Assembly (NCBI GenBank): GCA_035315185.1
Contig: DATFYE010000027.1
Coordinates: 4,021 to 68,020, forward strand
Direction of reading: 5' to 3'
Length of the DNA: 64,000 nt
Source: Syntrophorhabdales bacterium
Lineage (GTDB): Bacteria; Desulfobacterota; Syntrophorhabdia; Syntrophorhabdales; WCHB1-27
Shown here: one piece after another, positions 54,632 through 63,191 of the stretch
How positions within the stretch are numbered: position 1 is the first letter of the stretch
Layout of the letters: each line of letters starts with the position of its first letter
Program-made: the position numbers and the translations under genes
The notes under the pieces: model-generated
The model's input: the letters and a program-made list of their open reading frames with translations, nothing else
Database searches by the model: none
Told to the model about the DNA's origin: nothing

Positions 54632-54903
54632 GTATTGTCAAAATCCGTGCTGGCTTCAACCATTTCCTTCGCTCGCTGGTGCTCCGTCTCTCACCCGTTC
54701 TAAGTTCTCCTTCCGCTTGCCTGTGGAACTCGCGCACGCCTGCTGTCGACAGCAGGCTTACCGCTCAGACAGTCCTCGGCATGCGCCTCACACTGCGCAC
54801 CGCTCCCTCCGAACATAAGACGGGTCCCGCGAGACTGCCGCAATGCTTCGCTCAGGAAAGGTTGAGCCGCGCTCCGCATTTCTCGTAAAACTTTTGACAA
54901 TAC
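54632..54903. mobile_element. Copy 3 of the core repeat: a MITE-like 272-bp element with perfect 12-bp TIRs and a 10-bp flanking direct duplication
   Basis: GTATTGTCAAAA (54632-43) pairs with TTTTGACAATAC (54892-903). The element is flanked by CTGCGCATTA at 54622-31 and 54904-13. It sits 25 nt upstream of the TAXI start codon. Confidence 0.7.
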
Positions 54904-54971
54904 CTGCGCATTACCGCTTCGTCACCTTCAGTATTGCTGTTGTCGCTGGTTTCTTATCGCTTGCGACAGGC

Positions 54972-55006
54972 CACTGATCACCGATCACTGATCACTCTCT
55001 TTATGC
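54972..55006. repeat. Heptamer array abutting the larA-like stop codon
   Basis: CACTGAT CACCGAT CACTGAT CACTCTC TTTATGC. It has the same architecture as 58455-58489. Confidence 0.65.
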
Positions 55007-56296
55007 CACGCCCGGTATGATATTACCTCCAGAGGGAAAGATTGCAACATCAGCCTTCGGCATCTTATTCGCGGCCATATCGACTGCTTCTAAGAGGCTC
55101 CGCGCGTGGGTGAACTTCATCATGCGCACCGTCTCTGTCGGCAACCCTTCGGTGACGTGAATCACGTCGAACTTCTCCGCAAGTTCCTTGAAAAAGACCA
55201 CCTGCATAATATAAGAGATGCCGAAGGAGGTGAGTTGGTCAGGAATGTTCCCTGAGATGAGTCTCCGGTGAAAGTCGGTTGCTGTCTCAGAGCTTGCCAT
55301 CTCCTGAACGAGAGGCAGAATCGGGCCAGCCTCTTTTTGCGGTGCGACCCAGATAATGATGCCTCCCGAGCGAGTACAATATCCGGCCATGGTCAAGGCC
55401 TTGGTAGCCTGCACGGCGATCTCCAGAGGATATGCCGAAGTGATCGTCACGTCAGCCACCTTAGCGAGCGGTACGAAATAAAGCGACGTCGCAAACTTCG
55501 CGGCCTCTTTCTGTTCAGCCATGGTTTCACCGGCGAAGGCCCGGATGATCTCCTTCTTATCATTGATCACGAGGTCAAGTTTGAAGGCCAGACGGGCCAG
55601 TCGTCCGGCGTCGACAACCTCTTCATAAAAAGGGTTGCCCTCCATCACGTTCACCTTGGCGTAACGGTGGCGGATCCAGGCGAAATGATGATCGGCGACT
55701 GCCCGGTAAGAGGAGACACCGGGCATGACGATCTTATATCCGCCGCCGAAACCTGCAGTCGGGTGAGGCATGCATTCACCAACGCCTATAATCAAGTCGG
55801 CAAAGGCCACATGCGGATTGATCTCAACGATGGTACCCCTGTGCGTACGGCCGATGACCACATTCTGCGTCGAGTACGGATCATGCGAGATGAGCCGCTC
55901 ACCGAGACGTTTCGCAACTTCTTCACCAGCCTTTTTCTTGAGCTGTTCGTAGGAAAGAACCGGGTGTGTTCCCAGGGCGCAAACAGCAGTCATTCGAGAA
56001 TCGGGAATCCCCGCGCGGTTGAGCCGGTTCATCAATTCCGGAAGGGCCAGGTGCGCAGGTGTTGGCCGCTGCAGGTCGTCAAACAAGAGTACGACGTCCA
56101 TCCCCGGTTTCGCGAGTTCTTCCAGCTTCGGACTTCCTATAGGGTTGTCGAGCGCCCTCCTGATTTCTGCGACAGGATCGGCAACACCGGGAACTGTCGG
56201 CTTATCTTGATCAGAGAGCACTTTCCATCCACTGGGGAGGGAGAAACAGATCTGCTTGCCTTCACAGATGACATACCGTTCACGCGTTTCAGCCAT
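55001..56296 (-). CDS. LarA-family (nickel-pincer cofactor dependent) 2-hydroxyacid racemase/epimerase homolog
   Basis: 431 aa. DUF2088 N-domain with ALGTHP and GFGGGYKIVMPGV motifs. Confidence 0.75.
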   Translation of the reverse strand: MAETRERYVICEGKQICFSLPSGWKVLSDQDKPTVPGVADPVAEIRRALDNPIGSPKLEELAKPGMDVVLLFDDLQRPTPAHLALPELMNRLNRAGIPDSRMTAVCALGTHPVLSYEQLKKKAGEEVAKRLGERLISHDPYSTQNVVIGRTHRGTIVEINPHVAFADLIIGVGECMPHPTAGFGGGYKIVMPGVSSYRAVADHHFAWIRHRYAKVNVMEGNPFYEEVVDAGRLARLAFKLDLVINDKKEIIRAFAGETMAEQKEAAKFATSLYFVPLAKVADVTITSAYPLEIAVQATKALTMAGYCTRSGGIIIWVAPQKEAGPILPLVQEMASSETATDFHRRLISGNIPDQLTSFGISYIMQVVFFKELAEKFDVIHVTEGLPTETVRMMKFTHARSLLEAVDMAANKMPKADVAIFPSGGNIIPGVA

Positions 56297-56299
56297 CTA

Positions 56300-57304
56300 T
56301 CACCTCGTCTTGGTAAGTACTTTTTTCAGCTCCGGTGTGGTCTTGGGCGCCTTTTCTGCCAGCTCTGCCCAGCCTGCGTCGTACGCCGTTTTCAGGAATT
56401 TTTCGCTCTCAGCAGGCGACAGTTGTATGACCTCGATCCCTTCCTTCTGTAATATCGGACGCTCCTTTTTCTTCAGATCGTCAAACAGGGCGACCGCCTT
56501 CTTCTCCCCTTCTATTGCCGCCTCGTTCAGGATATCCTGGAGCTTCTTCGGCAATCCGTTGTAAGTTTTCATGTTGAGGAGCACGGGATTGGGCACGTTA
56601 TAAAAACCGGGTTCGACCACATACTTGGTCACCTTGTCCCAGCCCCAATCGCGTATCCCGACCGAGGGCCAGCAGTAGCCATCGACCACGTGACGTTCGA
56701 GCGCGGCGTATACCTCGGTCGGCGGTATCACAACCGGGTTTCCGCCCAGCGTCTTTATCGCCTGGAGCTGGTTGGCTGATACCCTGATATTAAGTCCCTT
56801 CAAATCAGCGCTCTTGATTGGCTTCAATAGGTAAAGATGAAACCTGAGATCGAGACCGAGCCGTGCCTGGTAACGGAGCCCGAGCCTCTGTTCGTGCAGC
56901 GTGTTAAAATAGGCCCAGGCGCCGCTTGCCCTCTCCTCCATGGGTGTCATGGTGGAAAGCTTCATCGCGTCAGCCTCGGGCAACACCGAAAGATAGTACG
57001 CGTTTGTGGTGAAGACCATGTCCACCATACCACGCTGCGCAGCCGCTACTTGATCCATGGTTTTTACTGCTTCGGGTCCGCCGATATAGTTGATCTTCAG
57101 CTCGCCCGGCGCCTTCTTTGCTACAAGCTGCTCAACAAGATCCGTGAAGATAAAGAACGCCTGGTTGTCTGTGGCTGTTTTCGGCCAGGCCGTCACAGCC
57201 TTGAGCGTGAAGACCTCAGCCGCTTTGGCAGGAATAGTCTGCGTAAAGAGTATCGAGACCGCGACCAGCACTACAAAGAGAAGAACGCCCGATCTTCTTT
57301 TCAT
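56300..57304 (-). CDS. TRAP solute-binding protein, DctP family (paralog B)
   Basis: 334 aa. Signal peptide. About 55-60% identical by eye to the adjacent paralog. Confidence 0.82.
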   Translation of the reverse strand: MKRRSGVLLFVVLVAVSILFTQTIPAKAAEVFTLKAVTAWPKTATDNQAFFIFTDLVEQLVAKKAPGELKINYIGGPEAVKTMDQVAAAQRGMVDMVFTTNAYYLSVLPEADAMKLSTMTPMEERASGAWAYFNTLHEQRLGLRYQARLGLDLRFHLYLLKPIKSADLKGLNIRVSANQLQAIKTLGGNPVVIPPTEVYAALERHVVDGYCWPSVGIRDWGWDKVTKYVVEPGFYNVPNPVLLNMKTYNGLPKKLQDILNEAAIEGEKKAVALFDDLKKKERPILQKEGIEVIQLSPAESEKFLKTAYDAGWAELAEKAPKTTPELKKVLTKTR

Positions 57305-57330
57305 GGATGAACCCCCTCGATGTTTTTATG

Positions 57331-57356
57331 CAGGCCGGGCAAGCTGCGCCGGCCTG
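57331..57356. other. 8-bp-stem hairpin between the tandem dctP paralogs
   Basis: CAGGCCGG-(10 nt)-CCGGCCTG. No U-tract follows on the coding strand. Confidence 0.4.
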
Positions 57357-57385
57357 TCGTTCTCACAGACTACAGATGATTTATC

Positions 57386-58390
57386 TTACTTCCCCATTTT
57401 CTTTGTCAGTAGCTTTTTGAGCTCGGGACCTGTTTTCGGACATTTCTCTATGACATCTTTCCATCCCTCATCGTAGGCGATCTTCAGGAATTTTTCCTTC
57501 TCCGCCGGGGGGAGGTCAATCACCTGAAGACCAGCCTTTTTCAGAAGGGGAATCTCCTTCTTGCCTTCCTCCTCGTAAAAGGCGACCGTTTTTCTCTCGG
57601 ATTCCATGGCAGCCTCCGTCAAAACATCCTGGAACTTTTTCGGTAGCGCGTTCCATGCTTTTAGATTCATGATGAGAGGGTGTGGCCCTGAGTAAAATCC
57701 AGGCTCAACGATATACTTGGTCTGCTTTTCCCATCCCCACTCCCGGATGCTGACGAGCACAAAGCAATAACCATCGACGACCTTTCTTTCCAGGGCTTGG
57801 TAAACGTCCGTGGGCGGGATTACTACGGGATTGCCTCCGAGACCCTTGATAACTTGGAGGTACATGGGAGAGACGCGGATGTTGAATCCTTTAAGATCGG
57901 CCGTTTTTATTGGCCGCGTTAAATAAAGGTAAAAGGGCGCATCAATGCCGAGTCTGCCCAGAAGATAGAGACCTTTCTTTTCGTGCAGGTCATTAAAGTA
58001 AGCCATGGCCCCGTTTGCCCTTTCCTCCCAGGGCTTGAAATCTGAAAGCTTCATAGCATCAACTTCCGGGACCTCCGAAACATAGTAGGCGTTGGTGGTA
58101 TGGACAATATCAACCATACCAGTCTGTGCGGCGTGCGCCTGGTCCTGGATCTTGACGGCCTCAGGGCCCCCAACGAGGTTCAGCTTCAGTTCTCCTGGAT
58201 ACTTCTTTGCCACCTGCTGTTCAACGCTCTCCATGAAATAGAGTAGTGATTTGTTGTCAGTGGTATTCTTTGGCCATGCTGTGACAACCTTAAGCGTGAT
58301 TGTCTGAGCCTCGGCCATCTGGGTCAAAAACGGCAGCAATAGAAAGGCTAAAAACGCGGCGGACAGTAACAAGCCAAATCGTTTTTTCAC
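57386..58390 (-). CDS. TRAP solute-binding protein, DctP family (paralog A)
   Basis: 334 aa. Signal peptide. TLKVVTAWPKNTTDNKS... Confidence 0.82.
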   Translation of the reverse strand: MKKRFGLLLSAAFLAFLLLPFLTQMAEAQTITLKVVTAWPKNTTDNKSLLYFMESVEQQVAKKYPGELKLNLVGGPEAVKIQDQAHAAQTGMVDIVHTTNAYYVSEVPEVDAMKLSDFKPWEERANGAMAYFNDLHEKKGLYLLGRLGIDAPFYLYLTRPIKTADLKGFNIRVSPMYLQVIKGLGGNPVVIPPTDVYQALERKVVDGYCFVLVSIREWGWEKQTKYIVEPGFYSGPHPLIMNLKAWNALPKKFQDVLTEAAMESERKTVAFYEEEGKKEIPLLKKAGLQVIDLPPAEKEKFLKIAYDEGWKDVIEKCPKTGPELKKLLTKKMGK

Positions 58391-58409
58391 GGTAACCTCC
58401 TTAAGGTAT

Positions 58410-58489
58410 GTGTTTAGTGTTTCGTGTTCAGTGCTACCACCTTTCCTAATTCTACACTAGTCACCAGTCACTAGTCACTCTCTTTCACT
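58410..58489. repeat. Two heptamer arrays in the dctM-dctP spacer
   Basis: GTGTTTA GTGTTTC GTGTTCA GTGCTAC (58410-37) and CACTAGT CACCAGT CACTAGT CACTCTC TTTCACT (58455-89, overlapping the dctM stop). Confidence 0.65.
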
Positions 58490-59804
58490 TCATCCCCATA
58501 AGGATCGGTACAATGGTTGCTAAGAAAGGAACTGCCAGCACGAGGATAATGACCAACGTATCAATAATCCAATAAGGGGTTGCGGCTCTCCAGATGTCCG
58601 TCATGGAGATCTCAGGAGGGGCAACGCCCTTCATAACGAAGAGGGTCACGCCGAAAGGTGGGGTGATCAGGCCGGTCTCCAACGACATGAGCATGACCAC
58701 GCCGAACCAGATGGTATTAATGTGCAGGGCATTAATAACGGGCATAAAGATCGGTATGGTGATCATCATGATGGCCACGGTCTCCATGCAGATGTCCAAA
58801 ACGACTACGGTTAAGATCATGCCGATGACGATGAGGAGAGGCGGCAAGTTGATGTTGCTGATAAAGCTGGTTAGGCCTGCGGCGGCGCCGGTAAAGGCCA
58901 ATATCTCGCCGTACGTGCTTGAGACGATGATAATCATGAATATCATGGCCGTCACTTTCACCGTACCCAGGGCTGACTTCTTGATGATCTCCCAGTTCAG
59001 GCGTCGGTAGCAAAGGGCCAGGATGAACGAACCGAGCGTCCCTGTGGCGGCCGCCTCGGTGGGCGTTGCTACCCCGAGGAATATGAAGCCCAGGACCATG
59101 AAGATGATGAGGCCGAGGGGTAAGAGGTAGACCACGGTGACCCAAATTTTTTCCTTCAGAGGGACCTTGGGAACGTCGTAGAGGGGCGCTTCTTTAGGGA
59201 AGATACGAACCCATATCACTACATACACGAAGTAGAAGATGGACATGATGATGCCTGGTACGATCCCGGCCATGAGGAGCTGGCCCACATCGATGCCGGC
59301 AAGGCTCGCGAACACTACGGTGAGGGCATTGGGAGGAATGAGGGCATCGACGGTACCTACCCCCATGAGCGGCCCGAGGCTCATGTTTTTGCTGTAGCCC
59401 CGCCTGAGCATCTCAGGAAGCAGGATGGTGCCGAGAAGCGCACAGGTGGCAATGGTGGAGCCGCTCAAAGCGCCTATAATGACCCCCATGATGATGGCCA
59501 GAACGGAGAGCCGCCCCCGGAGCTGGCCGAGCCACTTGTCAAGGACATTCACCGCATTGAGCCCCAGCCCTGAGTGAAATATCAGTTCACCCATAAGGAT
59601 AAAGAAGGGCACGGGGAGCAGGGTGAAGGTGGTAATGGACGTGAAGACACCTGTTGCAACTCCGGTGAGACCTGCCGTTCCCCCGAGGAAGAACCAGGCG
59701 GCAACCATGTTGACAATGAGGAAGGCAAAGGCGATGGGAATCCCCGTGAGCAAGAGGAAGATCGTACCACCAAAGAGTAGTGAGATAACCAGCCACCATT
59801 CCAT
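58485..59804 (-). CDS. dctM: TRAP transporter large permease (DctM)
   Basis: 439 aa with about 12 TM helices and a typical DctM pattern. Confidence 0.9.
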   Translation of the reverse strand: MEWWLVISLLFGGTIFLLLTGIPIAFAFLIVNMVAAWFFLGGTAGLTGVATGVFTSITTFTLLPVPFFILMGELIFHSGLGLNAVNVLDKWLGQLRGRLSVLAIIMGVIIGALSGSTIATCALLGTILLPEMLRRGYSKNMSLGPLMGVGTVDALIPPNALTVVFASLAGIDVGQLLMAGIVPGIIMSIFYFVYVVIWVRIFPKEAPLYDVPKVPLKEKIWVTVVYLLPLGLIIFMVLGFIFLGVATPTEAAATGTLGSFILALCYRRLNWEIIKKSALGTVKVTAMIFMIIIVSSTYGEILAFTGAAAGLTSFISNINLPPLLIVIGMILTVVVLDICMETVAIMMITIPIFMPVINALHINTIWFGVVMLMSLETGLITPPFGVTLFVMKGVAPPEISMTDIWRAATPYWIIDTLVIILVLAVPFLATIVPILMGMK

Positions 59805-59807
59805 GGG

Positions 59808-60302
59808 TCACCTCCCCGCCTTAAGTTCGCTGAACCTATTCCAGGCCATCCTGAAGAACTGGATGATAAGAAAGATGCTCCCAATGGGGATGATGATATA
59901 AACGGTCCATTTCGGAACCGTCACTGCCCGCACATCCGTGACTCCTGCGATAATGGAGTCGTAGGTGTACGCCGCACTGTAGTAGAAAAGTACTGCGCAG
60001 GCAAGCCCGCTCAGGGTGAAGGTGATCCCATCGAGCACCCGCTGGGTTTTGGGACCCAGGTGCTCGTATATGAGGTCGGTGGTGATGTGCCCTTTTTCTC
60101 TCAGGAGCCAGGTTGTTGAAAGAAATACGATCCACAACAGGGCATATTCAGTTGTCTGCATGATCCATATGGTCGTCTGCGTAAAGAGGAATCGCATGCC
60201 GATGGTGTAACAGACAGCAGCGCATATGAATAAGAGTATTATCCAGGCTATCGCTGCCATTACGTCTAACAGTTTGTCGAAAACCTTCCAGAAGACCTCC
60301 AT
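59808..60302 (-). CDS. dctQ: TRAP transporter small permease (DctQ)
   Basis: 164 aa with 4 TM helices, immediately upstream of dctM. Confidence 0.8.
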   Translation of the reverse strand: MEVFWKVFDKLLDVMAAIAWIILLFICAAVCYTIGMRFLFTQTTIWIMQTTEYALLWIVFLSTTWLLREKGHITTDLIYEHLGPKTQRVLDGITFTLSGLACAVLFYYSAAYTYDSIIAGVTDVRAVTVPKWTVYIIIPIGSIFLIIQFFRMAWNRFSELKAGR

Positions 60303-60376
60303 GACCCCTACCTCCCATCTCGTCGTAGTATGTCCGTGACCTGTTTATCCCGTCACCCCTTGCGTGAGTCAGCCTC

Positions 60377-61057
60377 CTATCTTTTTTCCTCCGCATGCTC
60401 GTGGAAAGCATAGAGGAGTATATCTTTCTTCGATTGTTCCAGATGACTCCGGACGGCCTTCGAAGCCATCTTCATATCTCCTGTTTCTATTGCTGCCAAT
60501 ATCGCCTTATGGCCGTTTATTCCCCGGAGAACATTGTCGGGCGCATAGATGCTCTGCACCCTGTAACGCACCATGTGACGCCTGAGGGCTTGGGCCAATT
60601 CCAGTAGCCTCTTGCTCCCGCTGAGGCCGGCGATGATTTCATGAAACTGTGCATCAAGGTCTACGTATGCCCGCACTTCGCCTTGCACTACTCGTTGCTC
60701 GGTTGCGGCAATGTTTTTCCTGAGGTTGTTGACGAGCTTCTTATGGGCCTTCTCAATAGCCCAGCGAACAGCAAGGGTCTCAATCGCTGTTCTGATCTCG
60801 CATATTTCCTCCACTTCCTTGTCGCTTATGGTATTTACCTTGTAACCGACCCTTGGGATCGATTCAAGAAGGCCTTCCATTTCAAGAGTATGAAGAGCCT
60901 CTCTCACGGGTGTCCTCGACGTGCCTATCTCTTTCGCAATCCTGGCTTCGATGAGTCTTTCGTGGGGCCCAATCTCGCCGCCCAGGATCTGTTCCCTCAG
61001 GTAGGCATGGACCTTTCTGCGGATAGTGGTGCTATCGGTGATGACGAGCTTTTTCAT
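60377..61057 (-). CDS. GntR-family (FadR/FCD subfamily) transcriptional regulator
   Basis: About 226 aa from ATG 61057. wHTH E..IAKEIGTSRTPVREAL plus an FCD domain. Confidence 0.85.
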   Translation of the reverse strand: MKKLVITDSTTIRRKVHAYLREQILGGEIGPHERLIEARIAKEIGTSRTPVREALHTLEMEGLLESIPRVGYKVNTISDKEVEEICEIRTAIETLAVRWAIEKAHKKLVNNLRKNIAATEQRVVQGEVRAYVDLDAQFHEIIAGLSGSKRLLELAQALRRHMVRYRVQSIYAPDNVLRGINGHKAILAAIETGDMKMASKAVRSHLEQSKKDILLYAFHEHAEEKR

Positions 61058-61067
61058 AGAAACCAGG

Positions 61068-61137
61068 CCAAAGGCCAAAGGTTAAAGGCTAAAGGTCCAG
61101 GGACAAAGGCTTGAAGCCCTTAGCCCTTGGCCTTTAT
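61068..61137. repeat. 10-unit heptamer array: six NNAAAGG units, then four complementary CCCTTNN units
   Basis: CCAAAGG CCAAAGG TTAAAGG CTAAAGG TCCAGGG ACAAAGG | CTTGAAG CCCTTAG CCCTTGG CCTTTAT. Confidence 0.7.
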
Positions 61138-61158
61138 CCGTTGGCCGGGTTCTTTGGC

Positions 61159-62040
61159 TCAACAGATGCCCTTTGTCTGTGCCACCAAGTGTTCCCAGTC
61201 TTCGTCCACCTGTCTCTGAAGCCTTGCCACGTCTTCGTCCGTGAAATGGCGGTACCTGCCCTGCATCTTCGTATATTCGCTCACCGGTAGGCCTTGAGGC
61301 TCATGCGTGATCCGGTATTCTGTCCCGTCTATGATCTCATAAAGGGGAAAGATCTTTGTCTCAACGGCGAGCATGGCTGATTTCGCGGAGAGATCCTCGG
61401 ACATTCTCCAGCCTGTAGGGCAGGGCGTTAAGGTGTGGATGAAGCGGGTGCCCTTGATCTCTTTCGCCCTTTTTACCTTGGCCATGAGATCGTGCGGATG
61501 GCCGAAGGAAGCGGTCGCTGCGTAGGGCATCCTGTGGGCTGCGATAATCTGCATGAACTTTTTCTTCTTACCCTGCCTCCCGCCCGGTGTGGTCATGGTC
61601 CAGACATTCTGCGGCGTCGAAGAGCTCGACTGGATGCCGGTATTCATGTAAGCTTCGTTGTCGAGGCAGATATAGATGAAGTTGTCGTCACGGTCCGCAG
61701 CACCTGATAGGGACTGGAGGCCTATATCGAACGTGCCGCCGTCACCGGCGAATGCCACGGGGATGATGTCATCGCGGCCCTGAACTTTTAGCGCGTTGGC
61801 TATACCGGCTGCGGTGGGTGCGGCGATCTCGAAGGCAGAATGGAAGCAGGGTACTTCGAATACGCTGTTCGGGTAGTTTGCGCTGATAGGACCGACACAT
61901 GAGGGGATCATGACAACGATCGTATTCTTCCCCAGGACCTTCATGACGAGCCGTATGGTGCTTGCCAGACCGCAGCCCGGGCAACCCATGTGACCCGACC
62001 GCATGTACTCCTTCTCTGTTTCTATTTCTTTTGTAGCCAT
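61159..62040 (-). CDS. 2-oxoacid:ferredoxin oxidoreductase beta (TPP-binding) subunit
   Basis: GHMGCPGCG and FAGDGGTFDIG motifs. The start is probably ATG 62040. Confidence 0.85.
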   Translation of the reverse strand: MATKEIETEKEYMRSGHMGCPGCGLASTIRLVMKVLGKNTIVVMIPSCVGPISANYPNSVFEVPCFHSAFEIAAPTAAGIANALKVQGRDDIIPVAFAGDGGTFDIGLQSLSGAADRDDNFIYICLDNEAYMNTGIQSSSSTPQNVWTMTTPGGRQGKKKKFMQIIAAHRMPYAATASFGHPHDLMAKVKRAKEIKGTRFIHTLTPCPTGWRMSEDLSAKSAMLAVETKIFPLYEIIDGTEYRITHEPQGLPVSEYTKMQGRYRHFTDEDVARLQRQVDEDWEHLVAQTKGIC

Positions 62041-63191
62041 GTTTCTCTCCTTACCCATACAGGTAAATCTGTGGGCTTGTCCCGTTTCAGGGCCTCGACT
62101 ACCATATCTTCGATCATCTCCGGTGACACGTCGGCCCCGCAGATGCCGGCAATGTACCCGGTTACCGTGGGCCGGCGCTCAAGAGGATAGAGGGCTGACT
62201 TCAGCTCGTGGCAGAATATGCCCTCTTTGCCGAGCGATATATTCCGGTCGAGCACCGCGACTTTCGGAACGCTCTTCAATGCCTCCTGCACTTCCTCAGC
62301 CGGGAAGGGTCTGAAAGCCTTTATTTTGAGGAGCCCCGCCTTATAGCCCTTGGCCCGCAGCGACTCTATTGCCACCCGTGCCGTACTTGTCATGGCTCCG
62401 CTCGTGACGAGGACGATTTCCGCGCCATCCGTATTAACTGCTTCTACGACCTCATAGCCCCTGCCGACGATATCCTGGTATTCCCTGTTGGCCTCTCTGA
62501 TGATCGGCCGCGTCTTCTCCATGTCAGCAAAGCTTCTCTCCCGATAGACCATGTACTGCTCAGGGCTTACCACGTTCGAGATGAACGCAGGATCCTCCAC
62601 ATTGAACCGTGTCGGGATGCTGAAAGGCGGCAGAAAAGCATCGACCGTTGCCTGGTCAGGAATCTCGATCGGCTCCATGAAATGGGATGTGAAAAAACCG
62701 TCTATTGCGACGATCACGGGAAAGAGGGATTGCTCCGCGATCTTATACGCCTGGATGACCGTGTCGAGCGCCTCCTGGGCATCCTCACAGTAAAACTGCA
62801 ACCAGCCCGTGTCCCGCTGGGAGAGGCTGTCCGACTGGTCGCTGCCGAAGGCCCAGGGCACAGCAACTACACGATTAACGTTGCACATGACGATCGGTAC
62901 CCTGTTTCCGGAAGCAAAGTGAAGCATCTCGTGCATGAGTGCCAGGCCTTGAGACGCCGTAGCGGTGAAGGTGCGCACACCCGTAAGGGAAGCAGCGATG
63001 CAGGCTGCCATGGCGGAATGTTCCGATTCCGTCCGCATCATGACTCCGGTCAACTTTCCTTCGAGCTCCATATCGGAGAGCTTTTCGTAGATGGGCGTCT
63101 GCGGCGTGATAGGGTAAGCGGCCACAAGTTGTACCCGGGCGAGCCGGACCGCTTCAGCGACTGCGTAATTGCCTTGAAGAAGTTGTTTCAT
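62022..63191 (-). CDS. 2-oxoacid:ferredoxin oxidoreductase alpha subunit
   Basis: 389 aa. The N-terminus QGNYAVAEAVRLARVQLVAAYPITPQT is typical of PorA/KorA. Confidence 0.85.
   Translation of the reverse strand: MKQLLQGNYAVAEAVRLARVQLVAAYPITPQTPIYEKLSDMELEGKLTGVMMRTESEHSAMAACIAASLTGVRTFTATASQGLALMHEMLHFASGNRVPIVMCNVNRVVAVPWAFGSDQSDSLSQRDTGWLQFYCEDAQEALDTVIQAYKIAEQSLFPVIVAIDGFFTSHFMEPIEIPDQATVDAFLPPFSIPTRFNVEDPAFISNVVSPEQYMVYRERSFADMEKTRPIIREANREYQDIVGRGYEVVEAVNTDGAEIVLVTSGAMTSTARVAIESLRAKGYKAGLLKIKAFRPFPAEEVQEALKSVPKVAVLDRNISLGKEGIFCHELKSALYPLERRPTVTGYIAGICGADVSPEMIEDMVVEALKRDKPTDLPVWVRRETWLQKK

Noticed and set aside
54679-54888. 69- and 66-aa ORFs inside the core repeats (also 45633..45921 and 51852..52175)
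   Set aside because: They have no RBS. The copies differ by an indel that would shift the frame, and the substitutions preserve nucleic-acid pairing rather than codons. These ORFs are treated as artefacts of a structured non-coding repeat.
54892-54897. TTGACA within the element's terminal repeats as an outward-facing promoter
   Set aside because: There is no acceptable -10 hexamer 16-18 nt downstream at either end. On the gene-proximal side the ATG is only ~36 nt away.
57331-57356. Hairpin between the tandem dctP paralogs as a Rho-independent terminator
   Set aside because: No U-tract follows the stem on the transcribed (minus) strand. It is kept only as an intergenic hairpin of unknown role.
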